A stretch of DNA of 55,598 nucleotides from a virus (IMGVR_UViG_3300005805_000113:1-55598), one strand, 5' to 3'; shown: positions 25,777 to 36,293, numbered from the stretch's first letter. The notes: generated by a model from the sequence alone, not told the origin. Made by a program: numbers and translations.

Positions 25777-27254
25777 TCGAACCACTGATTCTGTCACACC
25801 TGATTCGTGATGAAGAATATACGCGACGGGTGTTGCCCTTCTTAAAGAAGGAGTATTTTACGTCGTCGCAGGGGCAAGTGCTCTATACGACCATCGAAGC
25901 GTTTATCACCGCCTATAAGGTGACCCCGACCGTCGATGCGATCAAACTCGCCCTCGAACGCGAGTCCCTGTCAGGGAATGCCTATACCGAAGCCACGACG
26001 CTGCTCACCGAAGTGGCCGCCGTCACCCGTATCGATTCAGGGCGGCGTCAGTGGCTCATCGATCAGACCGAGCAGTTCTGTAAGCAACGCGCCCTCTATC
26101 TCGCCATCTCCGAATCCATCACTCGTATCGACAAGGATTTTGAATCGGCGGCCAGTGTGCCGGGGTTGTTGAAGGATGCGTTGTCGGTCGGGTTTCGCAC
26201 ACATATCGGGCATGACTACTTCGAAGATATCGGCGCACGGTATGACCTGTATCATCAGGAGCAGACGCGCATTCCGTTTGACTTGGAGTTGATGAACAAG
26301 ATTACCGGCGGAGGCGTGACCCCCAAGACGCTCAATGTCATCGTCGCGGGCACCAACGTCGGTAAGTCGTTGTTCCTGTGCCATGTCGCGGCGTCCACCA
26401 TCGCGCAAGGCAAGAAGGTGTTGTATATTACGATGGAGATGGCCGAAGAACGCATCGCCCAACGTATCGACGCGAACCTGTTGGATGTCACAATGGATAC
26501 GCTTGAAAGTATGTCGCGGTCGATGTATGAACGCGCCTTTGAAGACCTTCAACAGCGACACGCATTCGGCAAACTCATCATCAAGGAATATCCGACGAGC
26601 GGCGGGCATGTCGGGCACTTCCGTGTGCTGTTGGATGAGTTGGCGTTGAAGAAGCAGTTCGTGCCGGATCTGCTCATCGTGGACTACATCAACATCTGTT
26701 CGTCCATTCGCTTCAAGGCGGGCGGTCAGACCAATTCGTATATGTATGTCAAGTCGATCGCCGAAGAACTCCGTGGTCTGGCGGTCGAATACAATGTGCC
26801 GTGCTTGACGGCCACCCAGTTCAACCGTGAGGGGTTTGACAATAGTGACCCGTCGCTCACGAACACCAGCGAGTCGTTTGGGTTGCCGCAGACAGCGGAC
26901 TTACAGATTGCGTTGGTCACCAGCGAAGAACTGGAACAGGATAGTTTATTGATGGTCAAGCAGTTGAAGAACCGCTATGCGGATACGTCAAAGTATCGCC
27001 GCTTTACCATCAAAGTGGACCGCAGTAAGATGCGCTTGTCCAATGACCCACAACAGCAATACCTCTCGGATCCGATGCCAGTCGCCAATCCTCGACAGGG
27101 TAAACCCCACAGTAAAACGGGAAAGCCTCGGCGGGAAGATGGGGACGACTCGGACACTTCGTATATGGGAGCCGCGTCCTTTATGCCGAAACCACCCGGC
27201 AAAAATCTGCGGCCGACAACGGGGTCACAGGGTAAATTTAAGATCACGTTCTAA
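25773..27254 (+). CDS. gp41: Replicative helicase (DnaB-like)
   Basis: AGTNVGKS, YITMEM, IKEYPT, VDYINIC, AEELRGLA, TATQ, SESFGLP, KQLKNRY. Confidence 0.95.
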   Translation: MIEPLILSHLIRDEEYTRRVLPFLKKEYFTSSQGQVLYTTIEAFITAYKVTPTVDAIKLALERESLSGNAYTEATTLLTEVAAVTRIDSGRRQWLIDQTEQFCKQRALYLAISESITRIDKDFESAASVPGLLKDALSVGFRTHIGHDYFEDIGARYDLYHQEQTRIPFDLELMNKITGGGVTPKTLNVIVAGTNVGKSLFLCHVAASTIAQGKKVLYITMEMAEERIAQRIDANLLDVTMDTLESMSRSMYERAFEDLQQRHAFGKLIIKEYPTSGGHVGHFRVLLDELALKKQFVPDLLIVDYINICSSIRFKAGGQTNSYMYVKSIAEELRGLAVEYNVPCLTATQFNREGFDNSDPSLTNTSESFGLPQTADLQIALVTSEELEQDSLLMVKQLKNRYADTSKYRRFTIKVDRSKMRLSNDPQQQYLSDPMPVANPRQGKPHSKTGKPRREDGDDSDTSYMGAASFMPKPPGKNLRPTTGSQGKFKITF

Positions 27255-27314
27255 ATAGACGTGAACCCTATAATCCGTTGGGTATGGGTTGTTTAATGAT
27301 AAGAGGAGAACCGT

Positions 27315-28127
27315 ATGAATCTTCGTATCTTAAATCAATCACTCACTCGAAATCTGGATGACCTGCGCCCTCGGGTTGAAAGTGTCTTTCGGCCGATTAT
27401 TAGTAGTGTGGCGCGCAGGCCCCACGCGGTGAATGTCGCGACGTTTCTTGCGTCGATGAAAGCGGCCCTGGCGGGCACGAAAGTCCGTGTCGTCAAGGAA
27501 GTGACCACCAAGTTTGGTGCGCCGAAAGATACGGACGGGCAATACTATCCGGCACTCGGGGGGTTCTGCTTTGAACCCAATCCCGGCCGCACCGCCCGCA
27601 TCGAAATTATTGTCTGTATTCATCCCCACACCAATCGCCTTCCATTGTCCGTGGAGTCGTGGGAGTATTTTCAGTATCGGTTTTTGAAGTGCCTGACACA
27701 CGAACTGGTGCATCGCGCACAGTTCGAAAACGGCCGTAAACAAGATAATGCTCTTATTTTTCGACCCCACGCATCGGCGAATGTCGATAAGGGTATGCAA
27801 GCGGAGCAACGCTATTTGGGGGACATGGATGAGGTGGAGGCGTATGCGCACGATTGTGTCGAAGAGTGGTATTACATCTATCCACAGACCCCGTTACACC
27901 TTCGTGGCATTAAACGCGAGTTTAGAAATAAAGGCGGACGATTGCCCGCGATACAATACTACTACGGCACCTTTTTAGGCGACGAGTCGCATCCCTCCGT
28001 GCAACGATTCTTTCGTAAAATTAAGGCATGGGACGAAATTATTCGACCGCTCTCGTTTGAGTTGCCGGACCCCCCTGCGTACGTCCAGCGACACGCGAAA
28101 GTGCAGCGGGACATCCGCTTAGGGTAG
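27315..28127 (+). CDS. HExxH metallopeptidase-like protein
   Basis: LTHELVHRAQ...DEVEAYA; TAAATA at 27252 and GAGGAG RBS. Confidence 0.6.
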   Translation: MNLRILNQSLTRNLDDLRPRVESVFRPIISSVARRPHAVNVATFLASMKAALAGTKVRVVKEVTTKFGAPKDTDGQYYPALGGFCFEPNPGRTARIEIIVCIHPHTNRLPLSVESWEYFQYRFLKCLTHELVHRAQFENGRKQDNALIFRPHASANVDKGMQAEQRYLGDMDEVEAYAHDCVEEWYYIYPQTPLHLRGIKREFRNKGGRLPAIQYYYGTFLGDESHPSVQRFFRKIKAWDEIIRPLSFELPDPPAYVQRHAKVQRDIRLG

Positions 28128-28199
28128 TCGAACGTTCGTTGCGTGGCGCGTCGCCAGTGGGGTTTGGCGTCAAATAGAAAGGGAACCTAAATACCGTAG

Positions 28200-28835
28200 A
28201 TGGTCACATTTAGCGCATACACGGCCGTAGCAAATTCTGACGCAATTCGTCTGGATGAAGCTCCTGCCACCTCACGGTCCCCCCAACTAGTTCCTCATGT
28301 ATTTTGTGATATGGATGGGGTGGTGGCCAATTTTTATGCGGGCATGGAACGGTACTTCAATGTGCGTCCCCACAACGTCAATAAATTCCTGTTACAGCAA
28401 GACGGGTGGAGCCGCGTGGCCCGACACGAGCCCCACTTGTTTGCGAAGCTTCCAGTTTTGCCGGATGCGCGAGGATTAATGAACGGACTGGCACAGCTCC
28501 GTGACCACAACCGTATTCGCTTGTCGATGCTCACCGCGATTCCTGACGAATGGTATGCGGACGCCGCGATGCGCCGCTCCGCCACGCTCGATAAAATAAC
28601 ATGGATGACTCGCCATTTTCAGCGCATTCCCTCAAAAAACGTGCTGGTCGTTCGGCGAAAAAATAAGGCGAGTTATGCTATCGCACAGGTCAAGGCGGGG
28701 CGTCCACGTCCTATCCTTATTGATGATTTCGCCAAGAACATTCGCGAATGGGAATCGGCGGGCGGCGTTGGTATTCAGCATACCAGTGCGACAGACTCGT
28801 TACGTCAATTAATAACGATGTTGCCGAGCGACTAA
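28200..28835 (+). CDS. HAD-family 5'(3')-deoxyribonucleotidase-like protein
   Basis: FCDMDGVVANF, MLTA, K..W, ILIDD..KNI.EW..AGG.GI.H. Confidence 0.85.
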   Translation: MVTFSAYTAVANSDAIRLDEAPATSRSPQLVPHVFCDMDGVVANFYAGMERYFNVRPHNVNKFLLQQDGWSRVARHEPHLFAKLPVLPDARGLMNGLAQLRDHNRIRLSMLTAIPDEWYADAAMRRSATLDKITWMTRHFQRIPSKNVLVVRRKNKASYAIAQVKAGRPRPILIDDFAKNIREWESAGGVGIQHTSATDSLRQLITMLPSD

Positions 28836-28843
28836 ATATTGGT

Positions 28844-29752
28844 ATGGCGGCCCCACTCTATCTCATCTTCGGTCGATTCAACCCACCCACGATTGGGCAT
28901 GAGGCGTTGTTTCATATCGCGATGAGCCACGCCCAGCAGCGTGGAGGAAAAGTAGTGGTCTTTGCGTCTCAGACCGAAGATCGAAAAAATCCCATTCCCT
29001 ATCGAGAGAAGGTTGCGGTCATCAAGAAGAGTGTCCCGTCGATACGAATTGGACCGTCGTCGGTGCGCACACCCACCGAGGCGCTGACATGGGCGTTCGA
29101 CCAAGGTTACCGCGACATTACCATACTCGTGGGCGAAGACCGCGAAGAAGGCTTCGAGAAGATGGTGGGGTCGTGGCAAAAGCCCGAAGACCCCAAGCAA
29201 CGGGCCGTGGTGCGCGTGGAAGCCCTTCCGCGTCAGGGACGTATGGATGCGTCCAAAGTCAGCGGCACGGTGGCGCGCCGGCTCGCCCAACAAGGCGACA
29301 CCAAAAACCTCAAGAAAATTCTCATCTCGGGGGCGCAAGACGCCACCACGATTCGTCGATTCGTAAACCTCATTCAAGCGCGTCTCGGTAAACTGAAGGA
29401 AATGATTATGCCCAAGAAAACTCGTACGCTACAGGAAGATACCGCCCTCAACGTGGAAACCATCGACCCGCAGGTCGCCCGTGTGGTCGAACGGCTCCTT
29501 GCGGATTCGTCGTGGTTGAGCGAAGACACACCCACCGACGTGCCCACCAGTGACCCCACGGTTGGCGGCAGCTTAGACCCCGAAGAGCGGGTGCCGGAAG
29601 ATACACCGAAGAATAAGTCGGTCGTTGTGATGTATCCCGACCGACGACTGAAATATGACACGATAAATAAAGCGAAGGAAGAACAGGGCGACGACACCCA
29701 ACCGCATCATATTAAGTTGCAGCGGGGTCCACAAGCGCGTCAACCCAAATAA
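28844..29752 (+). CDS. HIGH-family nucleotidyl(cytidylyl)transferase-like protein
   Basis: FGRFNPPTIGH, KNPI, LVGEDR, VSGT..R; start moved to ATG 28844 after TAAATA. Confidence 0.8.
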   Translation: MAAPLYLIFGRFNPPTIGHEALFHIAMSHAQQRGGKVVVFASQTEDRKNPIPYREKVAVIKKSVPSIRIGPSSVRTPTEALTWAFDQGYRDITILVGEDREEGFEKMVGSWQKPEDPKQRAVVRVEALPRQGRMDASKVSGTVARRLAQQGDTKNLKKILISGAQDATTIRRFVNLIQARLGKLKEMIMPKKTRTLQEDTALNVETIDPQVARVVERLLADSSWLSEDTPTDVPTSDPTVGGSLDPEERVPEDTPKNKSVVVMYPDRRLKYDTINKAKEEQGDDTQPHHIKLQRGPQARQPK

Positions 29753-29985
29753 TGAACGTCGTATATGGAGAAACAGCGATTATGATTACGGTTACACAAA
29801 TAGAAGAACAGAAGCGTGAATGGGACGACCTGCGGGGGAAACTTCAACACCAGGCAGAGTCGCTACAAAAGGAAATCGAGAAAATATACGGTCAACTGAG
29901 TCAGGTCAGCGGAGCAATTCAAGCGTGTGATGTGTTGATTGAACGTGCGTCTCAAGAAAATCAGTCCGAACCGTCGAATTCGTAG
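29752..29985 (+). CDS. Small coiled-coil protein
   Basis: Heptad-rich, GAIQACD motif; start may be 29782. Confidence 0.55.
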   Translation: MNVVYGETAIMITVTQIEEQKREWDDLRGKLQHQAESLQKEIEKIYGQLSQVSGAIQACDVLIERASQENQSEPSNS

Positions 29986-30018
29986 TTTATATAAATACCA
30001 ACAGACATGGGATGACAT

Positions 30019-30708
30019 ATGGCAGATAAAAAAATTACCGAACTCACACAGTTGACCACGTTAACGTCCGACGACTTGTTCGTGGTCGTTGATGATCCGA
30101 GTGGCACACCAATTACCAAAAAGATCGCCGCAGCGGATCTTTTTGGAAACGGCATCTCGTATGTGACCACCAGCACCTTTAAAGGCGCCACGACGCTGAA
30201 AAGTATACTGACCGCAAACGTGTCGGCGAATACTGGTTCGGCGAATACGTTAATTGCCGGTGAGTTTATCACCAACGCCACGGCAACCTCAACCGACAGT
30301 TACCACCAGTATGCGGTGCGAGCGACGAGTGCGTTGTCGGGTGCCACAGCAAACGTTACCAAAGAACACGCCACCGCCAAGTTTATTATGGATGTGAGCA
30401 ACGCGGGGTCGCTGATTGCGAACACCTACGTCGGGGTGTTTCAGGTGTCGAATACGGGCGTGCGGGTGGCCAACGTTCAGGCGTTCGTGGGGTTTGGTGA
30501 CGGTGCCAATAACACCACGGCACAGACCAAGTATCTGTTCGATATCGGTCTGGGTGGTGCTGCAACATATGTCAGTGCGAACTTGACCAGTGCGGCGAAT
30601 GCTACCACCTTGTTCTCCAGCTCCGCAGCAGGGGCAGCCACCCATAAGGTGCGCATTCGTGTTAATGGCACGGATTACTGGTTACTTGCAACGGATACAG
30701 CGTCGTAA
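30019..30708 (+). CDS. Virion fibre/structural protein
   Basis: MADKKITELT...DDLFVVVDDPSGTP.TKKI; Ala/Thr/Asn-rich; TATAAATA at 29990-29997. Confidence 0.75.
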   Translation: MADKKITELTQLTTLTSDDLFVVVDDPSGTPITKKIAAADLFGNGISYVTTSTFKGATTLKSILTANVSANTGSANTLIAGEFITNATATSTDSYHQYAVRATSALSGATANVTKEHATAKFIMDVSNAGSLIANTYVGVFQVSNTGVRVANVQAFVGFGDGANNTTAQTKYLFDIGLGGAATYVSANLTSAANATTLFSSSAAGAATHKVRIRVNGTDYWLLATDTAS

Positions 30709-30734
30709 ACGCGTTGTTTATCCATACTAAATAC

Positions 30735-30766
30735 AGGGAGAGACATAACCGTCTCTCCCTTTTTTT
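30735..30766 (+). terminator. Rho-independent terminator
   Basis: AGGGAGAGAC/GTCTCTCCCT stem followed by TTTTTT. Confidence 0.8.
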
Positions 30767-31168
30767 ATGCAGAACTTGACGAAGAAAAACTATTTCGCAT
30801 ACGCCATCAAGATGTATGATAACCCGAGTTGCTCGGGGATGGACGAATTTCAGCAAGACCTCCTTCGCATCAAATACATCAAACGCTTAGTGAACCGCTA
30901 CACGCGCACGGGTGAGGTAGCCCCACGACTACTCATCAACCACGTTATTGGGGTCTACAATGTGTTTCAAGCATCCGCCGTCGCGCGATTACTCTTTTTT
31001 CGCAGTAGCACGGACTCATGGAGTGCCCTCAAAACGGTGCTCGAATACGTAAATCTCATGCCCGAAGAAATTCTTCCCGTTGACGGCATTCTCATCCTAA
31101 ATAAAGATATACCTCGCGACAAGGTGTTGTGGGAGAAGCTGACTCGATTGGTTGAAGGGCATGACTAG
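30767..31168 (+). CDS. Conserved T4-like hypothetical protein
   Basis: YAIKMYDNP.C...EF..DL.RIKYIKRL...RLLINH...YNVF motif seen upstream of primase in T4-like phages. Confidence 0.75.
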   Translation: MQNLTKKNYFAYAIKMYDNPSCSGMDEFQQDLLRIKYIKRLVNRYTRTGEVAPRLLINHVIGVYNVFQASAVARLLFFRSSTDSWSALKTVLEYVNLMPEEILPVDGILILNKDIPRDKVLWEKLTRLVEGHD

Positions 31169-31574
31169 ATTTATCGACACGCTATTAGCGCAGATTCTAG
31201 ACAACTCGTCAGACACCGCGTCTGAAGATAAATATATGGTGGAGACGGACTCACTCGTCACACCGTCCGCGCAGTTTGCGGAACTTGGCAGTGGCCAACT
31301 CGACGAGGAACGGATCCACGAAGAAATACATCCCGAGCAGTTTGCGGGATGTCGAGTGTTTGAAGTAGACGCTGCTACCTTTACACGGTGCCGTCTCGGT
31401 AAACGCAAACACGCACGATATGAAGAGTACGTCGGGAATGATTCGGTGGGTGACGCGATTCGCGAATATGGAAGAAGTCGTCACGGAAAGAAAGGAATCA
31501 TTCTTATGAACAGCACGACCGGCGCCATGCTCTATCTTCGTCATCCAGGCAAATATCATCTTTCATCACACTAA
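31161..31574 (+). CDS. Conserved T4-like hypothetical protein
   Basis: FAGCRVFEV...GKRK..RY..YVG...IREY...IIL....TGAM.YLR. Confidence 0.65.
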   Translation: MTRFIDTLLAQILDNSSDTASEDKYMVETDSLVTPSAQFAELGSGQLDEERIHEEIHPEQFAGCRVFEVDAATFTRCRLGKRKHARYEEYVGNDSVGDAIREYGRSRHGKKGIILMNSTTGAMLYLRHPGKYHLSSH

Positions 31575-31576
31575 GT

Positions 31577-32092
31577 ATGCCAACAAAACGTCGTCGCGCC
31601 AGCCGAAATATTACTCGTCGTGTGGATAACTCGCTCGAAGTGTCCATTGCGATGTTACAGGCACAGCAGGAACAAACCTCTGAGCGGTTTGCCAGCTTGG
31701 GCGACAAGTTTGACCGCATTCTTAGCCGCGTCGAAGAACTCGCATTACACACAACCAGCTTGAACTCCCGTCACGATACGGAAATTCAAGTGTTACAGAA
31801 ACAAATCGCCTCGACCGAAACAATTCTTACACAAACACGAGAGGACATCAGCGCAATGACTTCAAAACTCACAGACCTTGTGGGCAAAGAACTATCTGAA
31901 GCCATTAATGAAATGTCTGAAGCCATCGATCAGCTTTCTGATAAGATGGAAAAACAACATGCCGGACTCGACGACCGCGTGCAGAGACTTGAACGCTGGC
32001 GCATGTTGCTCATCGGCGGCGGCCTCGTTGTGGGGTTCCTCCTGTCTCGTGCCGCGGACAACGTATTGCACACAATTTTTCCGATTCAATAA
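31577..32092 (+). CDS. Coiled-coil protein with C-terminal membrane anchor
   Basis: Long heptad region ending RVQRLERWRMLLIGGGLVVGFLL. Confidence 0.7.
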   Translation: MPTKRRRASRNITRRVDNSLEVSIAMLQAQQEQTSERFASLGDKFDRILSRVEELALHTTSLNSRHDTEIQVLQKQIASTETILTQTREDISAMTSKLTDLVGKELSEAINEMSEAIDQLSDKMEKQHAGLDDRVQRLERWRMLLIGGGLVVGFLLSRAADNVLHTIFPIQ

Positions 32093-32133
32093 CCTATATA
32101 CTCACGACGGCAGTATGATATACTGTCGGTCGC

Positions 32134-33147
32134 ATGTCTCAGTGGCTTGAAGAAAAATATATTGGGTTGGTGGGTACGCAATTAGAGTATTTCCATCGAC
32201 AGTCACGCACGACGTATGGCTTTCGCTGCCCATTTTGTGGCGACTCCAAACGTCGTGTCAACAAGACACGCGGCTATTTCTTTTTACATAAAGGGCAGTA
32301 TTTTTATAAATGCCATAACTGTAACGTCAGTATGTCGCTTCGGTCGTTCTTGCGGCAACAAGCACCCGAGTTGTTTCGGGAGTATCAACTGGATGTGCTT
32401 CGGCAAGAGCGACCCGTAACGCCTACGGTGCCGGCGCCATCGAGCGAGGTGCCTATGTTTGGATTCGGAAAAGCACCACTCAAGATGACGCTACCCACCA
32501 TCGCGTCATTACCCGAAGCCCATCTCGCCGCCCAGTATTGCCGTTCCCGTCAACTTCCCGAATCCGCTCTCTCACATCTCTACTTCACCGATGAATGGAC
32601 AACGTGGATCAAAGAGATGAAATGGTCGTATGCGTTGCCTGAAGATCACGCCCCACGACTCATTCTTCCGTGGTTCAACCGTCATCACGAGTTGCTTGGT
32701 GCTCAAGCGCGACGAATTGATGCCACTGGCGATGCCGCTCGATATGTGACCCTCAAACATGATAATTGCGAGGATAAGATTTATGGCTGGGATCGTGTGG
32801 AGATGCATAAGACCATCTATATGGTCGAAGGTCCACTAGATTCGTGGTTTCTTCCCAACACCGTCGCCTCAATGGATTCAGACCTGATGCGACTTTATAC
32901 AAAATATTTTATGGGAAAGCACGTTGTCTTTGTGTGGGACAATGAGCCTCGCAATGTCACCGTGGCCAATAGTCTGTATAAGGCGATCAAAGCGGGCATG
33001 TCCGTCGTTATTTGGCCGTCGTTTGTGCAAGAAAAAGATTTGAACGACATGGCGAAAGCAGGATATACTGTTCCCGAATTGGTGCAGCAACATACCGTGC
33101 GTGGGTTGCGAGCCGAGTTAGAATTTTTACGCTGGCGTCGGATGTAG
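32134..33147 (+). CDS. gp61: DNA primase
   Basis: FRCPFCGDS, YKCHNC zinc finger, VEGPLDS, WDNEPRN, KDLND. Confidence 0.95.
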   Translation: MSQWLEEKYIGLVGTQLEYFHRQSRTTYGFRCPFCGDSKRRVNKTRGYFFLHKGQYFYKCHNCNVSMSLRSFLRQQAPELFREYQLDVLRQERPVTPTVPAPSSEVPMFGFGKAPLKMTLPTIASLPEAHLAAQYCRSRQLPESALSHLYFTDEWTTWIKEMKWSYALPEDHAPRLILPWFNRHHELLGAQARRIDATGDAARYVTLKHDNCEDKIYGWDRVEMHKTIYMVEGPLDSWFLPNTVASMDSDLMRLYTKYFMGKHVVFVWDNEPRNVTVANSLYKAIKAGMSVVIWPSFVQEKDLNDMAKAGYTVPELVQQHTVRGLRAELEFLRWRRM

Positions 33148-33172
33148 TCGCTGCTATATACTAGAGAAGATT

Positions 33173-34015
33173 ATGGAACCTGTGGTAATACCAATTTTAG
33201 ATCATGGTCAAGTGGTTTTGCTCGATGTGTTCGGAAGTGATGCGCGCATCGCCGAATCGGCTCGCGTCTCCTACGGCAAAGGCACCAAGAAAACCAGCAA
33301 CGATAAAGCTCTCCTTCGCTATCTCATGCGGCACAAGCATACCTCGCCGTTTGAGATGTGTGAAGTATTATTTTATCTGAAGGTGCCCATCTTCGTGGCG
33401 CGACAACTTGTGCGGCATCGCACCGCGAACATCAACGAAGTCTCAGCGCGATACAGTGAACTCCCCGAGGATACCTATGTGCCTGAGCAAGTGCAGCTCG
33501 GCCCACAGTCCTCTATCAATAATCAAGGTCGGGCGGCCACGGAACCGTCGATTCGAACGCGGCGGGCGCAGTTCGAGATTGAACGACAGAACAACGATGC
33601 GTTTCAGTCATATGACCGACTGCTCACGGTGAATAATATTTCCAGAGAAATTTCTCGGGTGGTGTTGCCGCTTTCAACATACACAGAGATGTATTGGAAG
33701 TGTGATCTCCATAACTTCTTTCATTTCTGTAAGTTACGGATGGACAGTCACGCCCAGTATGAAATTCGAGTGATGGCGACCGCAATGTTTGACGCGGTGG
33801 CCCCGTTTTTTCCGCTCTCAACCGACGCATTTCAAAACTATATACTTTATACGAAAACACTATCCGCGATGGAGCAACGACTGCTTCGTGAGATGGTGGC
33901 GCAATCACCACTGCCCTCGGCGGAATCCGCCAAATTACTGGGTATGAGTGATCGTGAATATCAAGAATTTTCGGCGTGGATCACGGAGATTCAAGCCACA
34001 ACTACAGGTGAATAA
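33173..34015 (+). CDS. thyX: Flavin-dependent thymidylate synthase
   Basis: ARVSY, HTSPFE, RQLVRHRTANINEVSARY, HAQYEIR. Confidence 0.95.
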   Translation: MEPVVIPILDHGQVVLLDVFGSDARIAESARVSYGKGTKKTSNDKALLRYLMRHKHTSPFEMCEVLFYLKVPIFVARQLVRHRTANINEVSARYSELPEDTYVPEQVQLGPQSSINNQGRAATEPSIRTRRAQFEIERQNNDAFQSYDRLLTVNNISREISRVVLPLSTYTEMYWKCDLHNFFHFCKLRMDSHAQYEIRVMATAMFDAVAPFFPLSTDAFQNYILYTKTLSAMEQRLLREMVAQSPLPSAESAKLLGMSDREYQEFSAWITEIQATTTGE

Positions 34016-34017
34016 TC

Positions 34018-35949
34018 ATGTCCAAGCTCCCTGCATCACAGCCCTTCACAACCGATACCCCGTGGTCTACAGTGGGCTACCTTACCTATAAACGTACCTA
34101 CTCGCGACGTCTAGAAGAAGATAATCTGAATGGTCCCACCGAAGAATGGGTGGATACGGTGAACCGTGTGATCGCGGCGTCTAATAGTCAACTCGATTGC
34201 CGATTCACCGAGGACGAACAACAGCGACTTCGCTATTACATGCTCAAGCTGAAGGGCACCGTTGCTGGACGATTCTTGTGGCAGTTGGGCACACCGACGA
34301 TTGAACGATTGGGACTTCCGTCGTTACAAAATTGTGCGTTCGTGGCCGTTGATAACGCCGTGCGACCCTTTACGTGGGCGATGGATATGTTGATGCTCGG
34401 CAGCGGCGTCGGGTTTAGCATTCAAAAAGAACATGTGAACCAGATTCCGCCGGTCAAGAAACATTTTCATGGGCCGACGCGTCATGATCATGCGGATGCG
34501 GATTTTATTATTCCCGACACTCGCGAAGGCTGGGTGTCGTTGCTGGAACGCACGTTAGAGAGCGCCTTCTCTCGTCGCAAGTCGGATTCATTTCGGTATT
34601 CGACCCAGTTGATTCGTGGCGGCGGTGCTCCCATCAAAGGCTTCGGTGGTGTGGCGTCGGGGCCAGAAATTCTCTGTGACGGGATTGCGAAGATTTCGTC
34701 CATTCTGGAAAAACGCGCCGGGAAGAATCTCCGCCCGATTGACTGCTTGGACATCATGAACATCATCGGCAGTGTCGTGGTCGCCGGCAATGTGCGTCGG
34801 TCGGCCCAGTTAGCCATCGGGGATCCTGACGATATTGAGTATCTGTTGGCGAAGCGGTGGGACTTGGGGAACATTCCGCCCTGGCGCAGCATGAGCAACA
34901 ATAGCGTGGCGTGCGATGACATCTCGCAGCTTCACGAGTTCTTCTGGGATGGGTATGAAGGGCGAGGCGAGCCGTATGGTCTCATCAACCTCACCCTCTC
35001 CAAGCAGGTCGGTCGTCTTGGAGAAACAGAATATCCAGATCCCACCGTGGTCGGCTACAACCCCTGCGCAGAACAGTCCCTCGGTAACTTTGAAACGTGT
35101 TGCTTGGCTGAAATTTTCTTACCCAACATCGAAAATTATGAAGAGTTCGTGGATGTGCTCACGTTACTCTATCGCATCAACAAGCAGTCGCTCGCCCTCG
35201 GGTGCCATAACAAGGAAACCGAAAAGATCGTCAACGAGAATATGCGCATGGGTATTGGCGTGACGGGCTATCTTCAAGCAACCGACAAGCAAAAGAAGTG
35301 GTTGAAGCCGGCGTATGAACATCTGCGGGAGTTTGATACGCAGTATTCGAAGGAGCGGGAGTTCCCGACGAGTGTGAAGCTCACGACCTGTAAGCCGAGC
35401 GGCACCTTGTCGTTGCTGCCGGGCGTGACGCCTGGCTGTCACCCCGGTTATGCGCAATACATGATTCGTCGTATTTCGATGGCATCCAACCATCCGTTGG
35501 TAGAGGTGTGTCGCGCGCACGGCTATGACATTGAGTATCGCTTGAACTTTGACGGCAGCAATGACTACAGCACTGTCGTTGTGTCGTTCCCCTTCTCATT
35601 CCCCGACGGCACCGTGCTGGCGAAGGATATGACCGCACTTCAGCAACTCAAGGTGGTCAAGGAGCTTCAGCAGAACTGGAGCGATAATAGCGTGTCCTGT
35701 ACGGTCTATTATCGCAAGGAAGAACTGCCTGAAATCAAGAAGTATCTGGCCAAACATTTTGCGTCATCGCACAAGTCGCTCTCATTCTTGTTACACTCCG
35801 AGCATGGTTTCCTTCAGGCACCGTACGAAGATATCACCAAAGAGGCCTATGACGCCTTAGTGGCGAAGACGAAATTGATTACCTCCATTGCCGACGGTCA
35901 GATTGGCTTGGAGGACGATTGTGTCGGTGGGGTGTGCCCCGTCCGTTAG
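34018..35949 (+). CDS. nrdJ: Class II (B12-dependent) ribonucleotide reductase
   Basis: YKRTYSR, AGRFLW, LQNC, GNVRRSA, YNPCAEQ, CCLAE, KPSGTLS, terminal C.GG.CPVR. Confidence 0.92.
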   Translation: MSKLPASQPFTTDTPWSTVGYLTYKRTYSRRLEEDNLNGPTEEWVDTVNRVIAASNSQLDCRFTEDEQQRLRYYMLKLKGTVAGRFLWQLGTPTIERLGLPSLQNCAFVAVDNAVRPFTWAMDMLMLGSGVGFSIQKEHVNQIPPVKKHFHGPTRHDHADADFIIPDTREGWVSLLERTLESAFSRRKSDSFRYSTQLIRGGGAPIKGFGGVASGPEILCDGIAKISSILEKRAGKNLRPIDCLDIMNIIGSVVVAGNVRRSAQLAIGDPDDIEYLLAKRWDLGNIPPWRSMSNNSVACDDISQLHEFFWDGYEGRGEPYGLINLTLSKQVGRLGETEYPDPTVVGYNPCAEQSLGNFETCCLAEIFLPNIENYEEFVDVLTLLYRINKQSLALGCHNKETEKIVNENMRMGIGVTGYLQATDKQKKWLKPAYEHLREFDTQYSKEREFPTSVKLTTCKPSGTLSLLPGVTPGCHPGYAQYMIRRISMASNHPLVEVCRAHGYDIEYRLNFDGSNDYSTVVVSFPFSFPDGTVLAKDMTALQQLKVVKELQQNWSDNSVSCTVYYRKEELPEIKKYLAKHFASSHKSLSFLLHSEHGFLQAPYEDITKEAYDALVAKTKLITSIADGQIGLEDDCVGGVCPVR

Positions 35950-35996
35950 TACGTCGTAAGTCCCGTAAACTGTAAGTCAACAAAAAAGGAGTCCCT

Positions 35997-36251
35997 ATGG
36001 ATGTCGTATATCTCGTGTATAGTAATATCGTTCTACTCGTCATTGTGTTGCTCACCATCAAAGGCACGTCGGTCTATCATAAACGTCGGCAGCAGATTGA
36101 TGAGGAGTTTCGGCGGATTGATGAGATCATCAGTCACACTCACACACGCATCGATACTGTGGAAACGGACATCTACCGTCGCATCGATGAGGTACAGCAA
36201 GAACTCATTCGCGAGAATGCGTCCATTCTCAAGACCGTGAAGTCACGGTAA
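35997..36251 (+). CDS. Small membrane-anchored coiled-coil protein
   Basis: N-terminal hydrophobic helix; AAGGAG RBS. Confidence 0.6.
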   Translation: MDVVYLVYSNIVLLVIVLLTIKGTSVYHKRRQQIDEEFRRIDEIISHTHTRIDTVETDIYRRIDEVQQELIRENASILKTVKSR

Positions 36252-36293
36252 TCATACACACCCCACCGACACATACGTTTGAAGGAGTATAAT

